NCBI GenBank assembly: GCA_963821525.1
Contig: CAWGED010000019.1
Span: 576,001 to 640,000 of the forward strand
Source of the DNA: an uncultured Gemmatimonadales bacterium
GTDB lineage: Bacteria; Gemmatimonadota; Gemmatimonadetes; Gemmatimonadales; GWC2-71-9
Direction of reading: 5' to 3'
Length of the DNA stretch: 64,000 nt
The position numbers and the translations under genes are program-made. The notes under the pieces were generated by a model. The model searched no databases and was not told the DNA's origin. It worked only from the letters and a program-made list of their open reading frames with translations. This document shows positions 1-11,445 of this stretch, piece after piece (position 1 is the first letter of the stretch; each line of letters starts with the position of its first letter).

Positions 1-995
1 CGCTCCTGGCCGGGGTTCGGCGGGAGGCCATCGGCGAGGCGCAGTACGATCTCTCGGCGGATGGCACACTGCTCTACGCACCCGGCGCGGACGCGACGAT
101 CGGCAGGATGGTCAGCCTTCGGGCTGGAGGAACGCCGCAGCCGCTGCCGGTGGAGACGGCAGACTTCCAGCGCTACGACCTGAGCCGCGATCGGCGCTGG
201 CTGGCGGCGGCGGTACAGGCCACCGAGGGCCTTGAATTGCGGGTCTACGATCTGCGCGACGGGCAGCATTTCACCTGGCTCAAGGGCGGAAGTGGTGCGC
301 CATCCGATCTGGAGTCCCGGATGGAGGGTGGCTGCTGGTGGCGGTGCGCGATTCCACACGCTTTACCATCCTCCGCGGCACACCAAGCTCGGGGGCCCGG
401 CCGGACACGCTGGCGAGCTGGGAGTTCGACCGCGCGAATCCCGATCCGATCGACCTGCACGACGATCATCTGGCGGTGGCGCAGAACTGGGCCGGGTCCA
501 CCGCCATGCGCTTCGACCCCAGTCTCGCCCATCCCACCTTCGACACCGTGCTCACCGGCGGGCGTTTCCCGTCGGTGTCCCGAACGGGAAGCTCCTGCTG
601 TACCAGACACTCGAGGGAGGCAGGATCGAGGTCACCTCCTTCCCGGTGAGTGGGCGCCGCTGGCAGCTGGCCTCGGACGGCGCCGAGCCGCTCTGGCTCT
701 CGGCCACCGAGGTGCTGTACCGCAAGGGAGTCTCCTGGTACCTGGCCCGGCTCAATCCGGAGACCGGCGAGCCCGCCGGCGCCGCGACCTTCTGGGCCCG
801 CGATCCGCGCTTCTCCGACACCTCGGGCTGGTCCAACCGGCCGTCGCACGACGGAGGGATCATCTACGTCCAGGGTCCGGGAGAAGTGACGGCGTCGTAC
901 TTCGCGTGATCCCGAACTGGGTGGAACAGATGAAGGCGGCGGTGGACGCGCTCCATGAGCGGCTCGGCGGGCGAAAATCGACAATAATTGCCTGA
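1..995 (+). CDS. K0: C-terminal beta-propeller part of a probable Ser/Thr kinase-propeller protein (5'-truncated by window, frameshifted)
   Basis: Fragments in several frames (DLSRDRRWLA, RWQLASDGAEPLW, VIPNWVEQMK) match the C-terminus of the double-propeller kinases downstream. The kinase domain itself is outside the window. Confidence 0.6.
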   Translation, partial: LLAGVRREAIGEAQYDLSADGTLLYAPGADATIGRMVSLRAGGTPQPLPVETADFQRYDLSRDRRWLAAAVQATEGLELRVYDLRDGQHFTWLKGGSGAPSDLESRMEGGCWWRCAIPHALPSSAAHQARGPGRTRWRAGSSTARIPIRSTCTTIIWRWRRTGPGPPPCASTPVSPIPPSTPCSPAGVSRRCPEREAPAVPDTRGRQDRGHLLPGEWAPLAAGLGRRRAALALGHRGAVPQGSLLVPGPAQSGDRRARRRRDLLGPRSALLRHLGLVQPAVARRRDHLRPGSGRSDGVVLRVIPNWVEQMKAAVDALHERLGGRKSTIIA

Positions 996-1006
996 CACCT
1001 GACACC

Positions 1007-3645
1007 TTGACCATCGACCTCGACTATCGACCGCCCTCGCCGACCGCTACCGCATCGAGCGGGAGCTGGGCCAGGGCGGCATGGCCACCGTGTATCTCGC
1101 CCAGGACCTGAAGCACGACCGAAGGTCGCGATCAAGGTGCTGCGTCCCGAACTCGCCGCCGTGATCGGGGCCGACCGGTTCCTCTCCGAGATCAAGACCA
1201 CGGCCAACCTGCAGCATCCGCACATTCTGCCGCTCTTCGACTCCGGGCGACGTGCCGAGTCGGCCGACCTCGTTCTACGTCATGCCGTTCATCGAGGGCG
1301 AGAGCCTCGCGACCGGCTCAATCGGGAGAAGCAGCTCCCGATCACTGATGCGGTACGGATCGCCACCGAAGTCGCCTCCGCCCTCGACTACGCCCACCGG
1401 CACGGCGTCATCCACCGCGACATCAAGCCGGAGAACATCCTGCTGCACGATGGACGCGCGCTGGTGGCCGACTTCGGAATTGCGCTGGCCGCGAGCAAAG
1501 CCGGCGGCAGCCGGATGACCGAGACCGGGATGTCGCTCGGCACGCCGACACTACATGAGCCCCGAGCAGGCCATGGGTCAGCGGGAAATCACCGCCCGGA
1601 GCGACATCTATGCCCTCGGTGCGATGACCTACGAGATGCTGACCGGCGAGCCGCCGTTCAGCGGACCCACCGCGCAGGCCATCGTGGCGAAGGTGCTCAC
1701 CGAGGAGCCGCGGCCGCTGATCCCCCGCCGCCACACCATCCCCCCCGACGTAGAAGAGGCCGTCCTGACCGCGTTGGAGAAATTGCCCGCGGATCGGTTC
1801 GATTCGGTCGCGGAGTTCGCCCGGGCGATCGGCGGCGATGGCAAAGGAGTGCGCTCGCCTGGAAAGCGAAGGCCGGTCCCGGCTCCCCGCCCATCCCGTC
1901 AGCTCTACCTGGCCCTCGCCCTCGGATCAGTCGCGCTGCTCGCGGCAGGCTTCTACGCCGGTTCGCGCCGGGGCGCGAGCGATTCACCCATCAAGGGACT
2001 CGGTGTCTCCACCAAGGTCACCTGGGATCCTGGGCTCGAGATCGAGCCGGCGCTCTCTCCGGATGGTAAATACCTGGCGTACGCCGCCGGCAACACGACC
2101 AGCCTGCGGATCTACGTGCGGCAAGTGAATGGCGGACGCCCGATTCCGCTCACCGAGGATTCGCTGGAGGTGCAGACCAATCCGTCCTGGTCGGGGGACG
2201 GCTCCCGCATTCTGTTCCTTTCCAACGGCGGGGTATTCAGCGCACCTTCCGCCGGCGGGGCGGCCCGACCGGAGATGCGCTCTCCACCGGGACTGCAGAT
2301 CATCTCCGCGGTCATGTCGCCCGATGGACAGACTCTCGGATATGCCGCAGGGGACTCGGTCTATCTGCGCGATGCGTCGGGGGCCGGCCGGCCTCTGGCC
2401 CGAGTGGCCGAGGCCTCGCTGTGCCAGTGGTCTCCCCGAGGCGAACTATTGGCCTGTGCGTCCGGGAATTCCTTCTACTCACGGGTCGGCGCGTTCTTCG
2501 GCAACCTGTCGCCCAGCCGGGTGACCGTGATCCGGGTGAAGGACGGGAGGACGACGACGGTAACTGACAGTACCTCCATCAATCAGAGCCCGGTCTGGTC
2601 TCCCGATGGGAAATGGCTGTACTACGTCTCGAGCAACCAGGGGCCGAGAGACGTCTTCGCGATTCGGATCGGGCGTGACGGCCGACCGATCGGCGCAGCG
2701 ACGCGGCTTACTGCGGGGCTCGGGGCCCAGTCAATCGCGCTGTCCGGAGACGGGCGCCGGATCGCGTACGCTGCATACGTGGGAACCTCGAACATCTGGT
2801 CGCTGCCGTTTCCGCCCAACGGCGAGACCCAGGCGAACGCGGTGCCGGTCACCAGCGGATCGCAGACCATCGAAGGCGGCCGGCCCTCGGTCGACGGCAC
2901 CTGGCTCTACTATCCATCAGATGTCAGTGGCAACTCCGAATTGTACCGGATGCGGCTGCCACACGGAGAGCCGGAGCAGTTGACCACCGATCCCAGCGAC
3001 GATTTCTCCCCCAAACCTTCGCCTGATGGCCGTGAGCTCGCCTTCCATTCGTGGCGCGCGGGCACCCGCGATATCTATGTGCTCCCGCTCGATGGTGGAC
3101 CGATACAGCAGGTAACCTCCACCCCACTCCAGGAGTCAGGGCCCGACTGGTCGCCCGACGGGCGAGCGCTGGCCTACGCCATGTTTGGCCAGCCGGGAGG
3201 CATTCGAGTCGTGCGGCGGAATACGGCCGGCGTTTGGGGCACGCCGGTGGAGCGAAGCTCGGCTGGGGTCTTGCCGGAGTGGTCTCCCGACGGGCGCTGG
3301 ATCGCTTATACCAGCACATTCCTGGGTGGCTCACTCTTCATCGTTGGTCCTGATTCTGGGGCGCCCCGGCTGGTCCTGGATTCCACCAATACCTGGGGCA
3401 TCCGGGCGCAGATGGCACATTGGAGCCGGGACAGCCGGACCCTCTATTTCAAGTCGGGGGATGCCAGGGGGAACGCCGCCTTCTGGGCCATTCCAGTGAC
3501 CGGAGGCACCCCGCGTCTGCTCATCCGGTTCGACGATCCCACTCGTCCCGCCTCTCGCCCCGAATGGTTCATCGGCAAAGGCCGGATGTATTTCGCGATT
3601 CAGGATCGGCAGAGTGACATCTGGGTGATGGAGGTGCGGAGGTGA
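1007..3645 (+). CDS. K1: Ser/Thr kinase - TM - TolB/PD40 beta-propeller (frameshifts in 5' part)
   Basis: GQGGMATV G-loop, [11 protein letters not shown] and MSPEQ across ORFs 1137/1252/1555. TM LYLALALGSVALLAAGFY, repeated WSPDG motifs, C-terminal SDIWV. Confidence 0.9.
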
Positions 3646-3734
3646 AAGGGGACTTGTCCAACATCTCGCCGTCCCTCACCACCGCCCTCGCCGACCGCTA
3701 CATGATCGAGCGAGAGCTGGGTCAGGGGGGCATG
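3642..3734 (+). pseudogene. Kinase 5' stub (…[21 protein letters not shown]) truncated by a palindromic element
   Basis: GTG overlaps the K1 stop. Kinase similarity ends at GQGGM, just before the hairpin element at 3746. Confidence 0.85.
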
Positions 3735-3745
3735 GTGCGCCGGTC

Positions 3746-3847
3746 CGTCGCTAAAGCGACGACTCGGCTATTGTCGCTAAAGCGACGTGACTTGGGAGGT
3801 AGGAGTCACTTCAGTGACATCAGCCGAGTCGCGGCTTGAGCCGCGGA
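3746..3847. mobile_element. Miniature non-autonomous derivative of the IS200-like element (both ends, no transposase)
   Basis: 3746-3786 matches the reverse complement of 14579-14619, and 3805-3847 matches the reverse complement of 14081-14124. Only 18 nt separate the two ends. Confidence 0.8.
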
Positions 3848-3883
3848 CCGGCAGACTATAGACTCGCAACACACGACCGGCGA

Positions 3884-6236
3884 TTGACCATCGACTCTCG
3901 ACTCGCCGCCGCCCTCGCCGACCGCTACCGGATCGAGCGGGAGCTGGGCCAGGGCGGTATGGCGACGGTGTATCTCGCCCAGGACCTGAAGCACGACCGC
4001 AAGGTCGCGGTAAAAGTGCTGCGACCCGAGCTGGCCGCGGTGCTCGGCGCCGAGCGATTCCTGGCTGAGATCAAGGTCACCGCCAATCTCCAGCATCCCA
4101 ACTTGCTGCCGCTCTTCGACTCGGGTGAAGCGGGTGGCTTCCTCTACTACGTCATGCCGTACGTCGAGGGAGAGACGCTGCGAAGCCGCCTCGAGCGCGA
4201 GCGGCAACTCCCGGTCGACGAGACCTCCCGCCTGATCACACTGATGGCCGGAGCACTCGACTATGCCCATGCCCGCGGGGTGATCCATCGCGATCTCAAG
4301 CCGGAAAACATCCTGCTCCAGGCCGGCCAGCCGGTGATCGCCGACTTCGGCATCGCACTGGCGGTGGCCCAGGCCGGCGGCTCCCGGGTTACCGAGACCG
4401 GACTCTCACTCGGCACTCCGCACTACATGAGCCCGGAGCAGGCGGCCGGCGAGCGCAACATCGATGCGAAATCCGACCAATACGCGCTCGCGGCGGTGAC
4501 CTACGAGATGTTGAGCGGCGAGCCGCCTCACACCGGCCCCACTGCCCAGGCCATCATCGCCCGGATGATGACGGAGAAGCCCCGGAGCCTGCAGGCGACC
4601 CGTTCCAACGTGCCGGTGGGGGTGGATCTCGCCGTCGGGCGGGCGTTGGCCAAGTCACCGGCCGACCGGTTCCCGTCCTGCGACGCCTTTGCCCAGGCGC
4701 TGGTTGCCGGCATGACCTCGGGTGCGGCTACTGTCGCCGACGCGGCTGTCCCACGGCGTCGCGGGCGATGGGTCGCCGCCGCCATCGCCCTGGTTGTGTT
4801 GGCTGGTGCGGCCCTGGGACTGACACGCTATCTGGGTGGAAGCGCCAGCGACCATTGATTCGATTGCGGTCCTCCCGCTCGACAACTATTCCGCCGACTC
4901 CACCCAGGACTACTTCGCCGAGGGGATGACGGATGAGCTGACCAGCGACCTCGCCATGATCAGCCAGTTGCGGGTCACCTCGCGCGGGTCGGCGATGCAG
5001 TTCAAAGGCAGGAATCGCCCGCCGACCCCGGAGATCGCGAAGGCCCTCGATGTCGACGCCGTTGTGGAGGGCTCAGTGTCCCGCTCCGGTGATCGGGTGA
5101 GGATCACCGCCCAGCTGATCGATGCCAGGGCCGACCGGCATCTTTGGGCCGAGACCTTCGAGCGCAATTCGAGCGACGTACTGGCACTCCAGGCCGAGCT
5201 GGCGTCGGCCATCGCCAGTGCGATCAACGTGCGGCTGACGCCGGGGGAGCAGTCCCGCCTCTCGGCTGCGCCGACCGTGGATCCGGGAGCCCACGACGCC
5301 TACCTCAAGGGGCGGTTCTTCTTCAATCGTCCGAGCGACGAGAACCTGCAGAAGGCCATCGTACAGTTCAACGAGGCGATCAAGCTGAGCCCGAACTTTG
5401 CCCCGGCGTATTCGGGGCTCTCGGATGCCTACACCTGGGCGGCCTACAACGAGGGATTCATTCGTGCCAGCGAAGCGAAGCCCCTGGCGAAAGCCGCCGC
5501 GGAACGGGCGGTTCAGCTCGACAGCCTGTCGGCGGAAGCCCACACCTCGCTGGGGGTCTACCTCGCTTGGTTCGACTACGACTGGGACCGAGGCGAGCGG
5601 GAACTCCGTCAGGCGATCGCCCTCAATCCCAGCTACGCCTACGCGCACGACCAGCTGAACCAGCTGCTGGGAATCATCGGTCGCTTCGACGAGGCGATTG
5701 CCGAGGGCCAACGGGCCATCGCGCTCGATCCACTGTCGCCCTCGATCCTGGAGGACCTGGCGACGACGTTGATCTACGCCGGCAAGGCGGCGTCGGCGCT
5801 GGAGCTTGCGAAAAAAGCCGCGGAGCTCGACCCGACCTTCTTCTTCCCGCCGGCTACGGAGGGGATTCTGGCGCTCCAGACCGGCAACTACCGCGAGGCC
5901 ATCGCGAAGTTTGAGCGCTCGCGGGCCCTGGATGCCCCGCCGTTCGTGACCGCCTACCTGGCGTACGCGTAGGGCATCTCCGGTGACCGCAGCCGCGCGA
6001 TGGCGACGCTCGGAGAACTCCAGAAGATGTCGCACGGGGAGGAGGCAGCCCCGTTCAACCTGGCACTGGTGTATCTCGGCCTCGGCGATCACGCGCGCGC
6101 GCTCGACTATCTCGAGCAGGCACATGCGGCCAGCTCGGAGATGCTGGTCTGGCTCAAGGTGGACCGGATCTACGATCCGCTGCGGTCGGAGCCGCGCTTC
6201 GTAGCCCTGATGAAGCGCCTGAACTTCGTCCAATGA
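3884..6236 (+). CDS. K2: Ser/Thr kinase - TM - TolB-N-like domain - TPR repeats (frameshift ~4850, in-frame TAG at 5970)
   Basis: HRDLKPEN and DFG motifs, TM WVAAAIALVVLAGAALGL, IAVLPL…DYFAEGMTDEL, TPR helices, C-terminal DPLRSEPRF. Confidence 0.9.
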
Positions 6237-6282
6237 GGCGCACGGGCTGAGCGGCTTGAGGAATCGGCGGCTCGGCACTATT

Positions 6283-6360
6283 CGGCAATCGGCAATCGAT
6301 AACGGGCAATAGCCTGACAACCTGACACCTGACACCTTGACCATCGACCCTCGACTATCT
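6283..6360. repeat. Heptamer repeat ladder (GGCAATC)n-(CCTGACA)n-(ACCATCG-like)n
   Basis: Visible 7-nt periodicity. The same succession of units occurs at ~977-1030 and ~11405-11470. Confidence 0.75.
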
Positions 6361-8619
6361 TCCGCGCTCGCCGATCGCTACCGGCTCGAGCGGGAGCTGG
6401 GCCAAGGCGGCATGGCGACAGTGTATCTGGCCGAGGATCTCAAGCACCGACGAAAGGTCGCGGTGAAGGTGCTGAAACCCGACCTGGCCGCGGCACTCGG
6501 CGCTGAACGCTTCCTGCGCGAAATCGAGACAACCGCGAATCTCCGCCACCCTCACATCCTGCCGTTGCTTCGACTCGGGCAGGTCATGGCGTCGACGGAC
6601 GATCTTTCTCTTACTACGTGATGCCGCTGGTGGAAGGAGAGTCCTTGCGCGATCGACTGAAGCGGGAGACGCAGCTGCCAATCCCGGACACGGTGGCGAT
6701 CATTCCGCGAAGTAGCCGACGCGCTGGCCTACGCGCACGGTCGAGGCGTGATCCATCGCGATATCAAGCCGGAGAACATTCTGCTCGAACGGGGCCATGC
6801 CGTCGTCGCAGATTTCGGTATCGCGCGTGCGGTGAGCACTGCGGGCGGCGAGAACCTCACCCAGACCGGCATGTCGCGTGGGCACTGCCGGCCTACATGA
6901 GTCCGGAGCAGGCCCTGGCCGATCAATACGCTCGACGCCCGAAGCGACCAGTACAGCTCTGGGCTGCTGTCCTCTACGAGTGCCTGACCGGCGAGATCCC
7001 CTTCGCCGGCAGCGCCGGTGCCATGCTGGGCGCAGCGGATAACCGAGTGCACCACCGTCCGCGCGCAACAAGCGGCCGGAGGTTACCGCCCAGGTTGACC
7101 ACGCCCTGTCGTACGCGCATTGAGCCACCGATCCATCGGCGCGGTTTGCCTCCTGCCAGGAACTGGCCGCGGCGCTGGTGGCGCCACACTTCGCTCCCAG
7201 GCCGGGTGCGCGGCACTGGCGCGGCGAGGCATCGTTGTCCTGCCATTCGCCAACCGGAGTCCCGACGCCGACAATGAATACTTCAGCGACGGGCTCACCG
7301 AGGAGATCATCGCCGACCTCGCCCGGATCAAGGCGCTGAGTGTCATCTCCCGCACCTCGGCGATGCAACTCAAGGGGACCGACAAGAACGTGAAGGTCAT
7401 CGGCCGGGAACTCGGCGTGCGCTACGTGCTGGAAGGAAGCGTGCGGAAGGCCGGCTCGAGCCTCAGGATCACCGCACAACTGGTCGATGCCGACACCGAC
7501 ACACCGCTCTGGTCGGAGAAGTACAGCGGCACCATGGACGACGTGTTCGAGGTGCAGGAGCGGGTGTCCCGCGAAATCGTGAAGGCGCTCGGCGTGACGC
7601 TGAGTCCCGACGAGGACCGTCACCTGGCGCAACGGCCGATCGAGAACGTGCAAGCGTTCGAGCTGTACCTGCAGGCGCGTCTCGAGTTCCGGCGCTACGG
7701 CGCCTCGATCGACCACGGCTTGGCGTTGCTCAACCGGGCCATCGAGATCGAAGGCGAAACTCCGCCGCTTCAGGCACTCGTCGCCTGGGCCAAAGTCTCC
7801 CTGGTCCGCTCCGGCCATGCACCCGATGGGCGACCGCTGGACGAAGCCGAGGCGGTGGCGAAGGCCCTGATCCTGCGTGCTCCGGAGGCGCCCTACGGCC
7901 ACGCCCTGCTGGGATTCATCGGCTATGAGCGCTGCCGAATGGCCGATGCGGTGCGCCATCTGCGGGCCGCACTCGAACGCGAACCCAATGATGCCGATGC
8001 CTTTTTCTTTCTCGGCGTTTCCTACATCGCAGCCGGCCAGGAGGCTCTGGCTGCGGAGACAGCGGCTCGGCTGATGGCATCCGATCCACTTTCACCATTG
8101 GGGTGGATGTTGACCGGCGTCGTGCCGTGGTTCATGGGGCGGCTCGGGGAGGGATTGCCAAGCCTGGTCCGAGCGGTGGAGCTGGACCCCGAAAACCTCC
8201 TGGCGCGTTGGTGCCTTGGGTACACCCATACCCTCGTGGGAGATGTGGAGGCGGGGACGAAGCATGCCGAGGTGCTCCGAACCAAATCGCCGGACCTGCC
8301 TTACACTCGCCATCTTCTGGCCCTGGTCGCGGCACTCTCCGGCCAGAGCGAAGCCGCTCTCAAACACCTGGCATCGGTGGAAGGTCTCGACGGCCACCAC
8401 AAGATGCATCTGGCCGAGGCCTTCGCGATGGCCGGTGACATCGACCGGGCACTCTCCCTGCTCGAGGAGGCGGTCAACCAGGGCTTCCATCCCTATCGCT
8501 TCATCGCGGAGTATTGTCCCTTCATGGCTCCGCTCCGCGGATTGCCGCGGTTCGAGGCGCTTGCCGCCCGCGCCCAGCGACTCACCGCGGAGTTCGGTAT
8601 CGCGGGAGGTAACTCATGA
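6337..8619 (+). CDS. K3: Ser/Thr kinase - TolB-N-like - TPR, no TM seen (multiple frameshifts in kinase part)
   Basis: [15 protein letters not shown]…[16 protein letters not shown] is readable in the DNA at ~6754-6777. [27 protein letters not shown] followed by TPRs. Confidence 0.85.
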
Positions 8620-8646
8620 GCGACGCGAGGCCCGACTCGCCGCATA

Positions 8647-8695
8647 CCGGTCCGTCGCTAAAGCGACGACTCGGCTATTGTCGCTAAAGCGACGT
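8647..8695 (+). repeat. REP-like double hairpin (GTCGCTAAAGCGAC x2), a single end of the IS200-like element
   Basis: 49 bp identical to 3740-3788. Confidence 0.85.
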
Positions 8696-8714
8696 CTCAC
8701 ACACACGACGTCCA

Positions 8715-11374
8715 TTGACCATAGACCATCGACTATCGACCGCGCTGTCTGACCGCTACCGCATCGAGCGGGAGTTGGGCCAGGGCGGCATGGCCACGGT
8801 CTACCTCGCCGAGGATCTCCGAGCATGGCCGCAAGGTGGCTATCAAGGTCCTCCGCCCCGAGCTCGCCGCGTCGATCGGGGCCGAACGGTTTCTGCGGGA
8901 GATCAAGACGATCGCGAAGCTGCAGCATCCCCACATTCTCGGTCTCATTGATTCCGGAGAGGTCGAGGGGGCCGCGTACTACGTGATGCCCTTCGTGGAA
9001 GGGGAATCGCTGCGGGACCGGCTCGATCGCGAGAAGCAGCTCGCCATCACCGACGCGGTCCGCATAGCCACCGAGGTCGCCTCGGCCCTCGACTATGCGC
9101 ACCGCCACGGGGTGATCCACCGCGACATCAAGCCCGAGAACATCCTGCTGCACGATGGCCAGGCCCTGGTCGCGGACTTCGGGATCGCACTCGCCGTGAC
9201 TCAGGCCGGGCGGCACCCGGATGACCGAGACCGGCCTGTCGCTCGGCACGCCGCACTACATGAGCCCCGAGCAGGCGATGGGCGAGCGCGAGCTAACCCC
9301 GCGGAGCGATGTCTACGCCCTCGGTTGTCTGACCTTCGAGATGCTCGCTGGAGACCCGCCCTTCACCGGGCAGCACCGCACAAGCCATCGTCGCCAAGGT
9401 CCTGAGTGAGAAACCGCCTTCGATCCGGCGGCTGCGCGACCGGGTTCCCGAATCGGTCGAAGAGGCGGTGTTCGTCGCCCTCGAGAAGCTTCCGGCTGAT
9501 CGGTTCGCGACCGCCGCCGAGTTTGCTACAGCACTGAACGGAGGCGGCACCAGCGCCCCGCGCCACGGCAGCACCAGTGCGAGGAGCCGAATCGCCGAGC
9601 CGCCGAGCCGTCGAGTAGCATTCCTCCTGCTCCTCGCCCTCATGCTCGGCGCTGGCTGGTTCCTCGGGCGTCGAAATAGCAACGCCGCCGCAGGACCGCC
9701 GTCGAGTCGTCTCGCGATGTTGTCACCCGCTCTGGGAGGGTCTGGGGCCGGCGGATTGCATCGCCAGCTGACGCTCACGCCCGACGGTTCCGCGGTGGTC
9801 TATGTCGGCGCTTCGGTTCGACAGGGGGCGACCACACTGTGGATTCAGCGAATGGACCAGCTCGAGCCCGCGCTGATTCCTGGGAGCGAACTCCTTCTCG
9901 CCCCTCAAGTGTCGCCCGACGGACGATGGCTCGCGGCCCAGAACGTCGCCGGCGATGTCATCCGCTTCCCCATGCAGGGCAGCACTGCCCAGCCGGCCCC
10001 TGTGTCCCGCGGGTTCTCCTTCTTTGCCTGGGGTCCCGACGGGAGTCTGTGGATTACCCGGGCACCGTTCCGCACAGTCGAGCGGGTGGCCCAAGGAAGT
10101 GATTCACTCGAGGTGCGCATCAAGGACCTGAGTCGAGGCCAGTACATCCAACAGATACTCGATGATGGGAGGCGCGCTGTCGTAGTTCAGGGCGACGGAT
10201 CTTCGAGTGGCCCATGCTTCATTATGGACCTCGCAACCGGCCGGTTGACCCCGCTGATCGAAACGCCCATCACCGCCGCGCGCTATGCCGCGGGATATCT
10301 GATTTACGCCCGGCCGGATGGAACCCTCCTCGCCGCTCCGCTCGATGCGCGTCAGACTCGAATCACCGGCGAGGCAGTTACCGTCGCAGAGGGAGTCTCC
10401 GTGACCGGAGGCGGCGACGCCCAGTTCGCGGTCGCGCCCAGCGGCACCTTGGTCTACGTCCCCGAGGAGCCGAGGTCACTGGTGTTCGTCGACCGGTCCG
10501 GATCGGCGCGGTCGGCGACCGAAGCGCGCCAGAACTTCCATGCCCCCTCGTTTTCGCCCGATGGGCGCCGCGTGTCGGTGGATTTCGTTTCCGCCGACGG
10601 CCGGGACGTGTGGATCCTCGATCTGGACCAGGGGACGCTTTCCGTGGTACCTTCGATCGCGACGGACACGACGCGGTGTGGACCAGAGACGGAAAGCAGA
10701 TCACCTACACGTCGTACCGCTCCGGCGTCTTCGGGGTCTATCGGACCCGCCCGGGCAGCGGCGCGCCCGCCGAATCGCTGCTGGCCTCGCCGTCGCTGGG
10801 CTACACCGGCCAGTGGCTGCCCGACGGTAGCGGGCTCGTGACCGTGACCTTCGACCTTCAGCCCCGATCGGGTCAGGACATCGGCCTCGTCACCCACGGC
10901 GGCCACGGACCGATCGAGCCGATCGTCGCCACGCCGTATCGGGAGTTGTACCCCTCCCTTTCTCCCGATGGCCGCTGGCTGGCGTTCGTCTCCGATCAGT
11001 CGGGACAGAGTCGAGTGTATCTGCGCCCGCTCCAGGGAGACGGTGATCAAGTTCAGATCTCCCAGGGCAACGCCGATGAGCCGGTCTGGGGGCCGGATAG
11101 CCGGGAGCTGTTCTATCGCGCCACCGATACCGGGCGACCCGAGCTGATTGCGGCCAGGCTCGAAACCACTCCGACCCTTCGAGTCCTTGAGCGGCGCCCG
11201 CTCTTCTCGGTCGAGAACTACGTACCGGCCACGCCACACGCCAGCTATGCCATCTCACCCGATGGCAAGACCTTCGTGATGGTCCAGCGCAACCCGGCGA
11301 GCCGCATCATGGTAATCCAGAATCTGCCGGGTCTGGTGGGCCGGCTGCGCGACGCGCAGAGTGCGCCCCATTGA
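8715..11374 (+). CDS. K4: Ser/Thr kinase - TM - double beta-propeller (frameshifted)
   Basis: Kinase motifs in ORFs 8715/8836/9221. TM VAFLLLLALMLGAGWFL, SPDGRWLAF repeats, C-terminal IMVIQNL. Confidence 0.9.
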
Positions 11375-11445
11375 GTCGGGGCCTCAGCCGCGAACTAGCG
11401 GCATATCGGCAACCGGCAATCACCTGACCCCGACACCTGACACCC

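Noticed and set aside
5970..5972. In-frame TAG at a probable Tyr position (also 38775-38777), suggesting amber recoding
   Set aside because: TAG is a genuine stop for K10, K16 and other genes in this window, and the second case sits beside an indel. Base-call error or point mutation is more likely.
6241..6280. Possible further remnants of the IS200-like ends (GCGGCTTGAG; also CTCAGCCG at ~11383)
   Set aside because: Matches of 8-10 nt in GC-rich DNA are too short to support a call.
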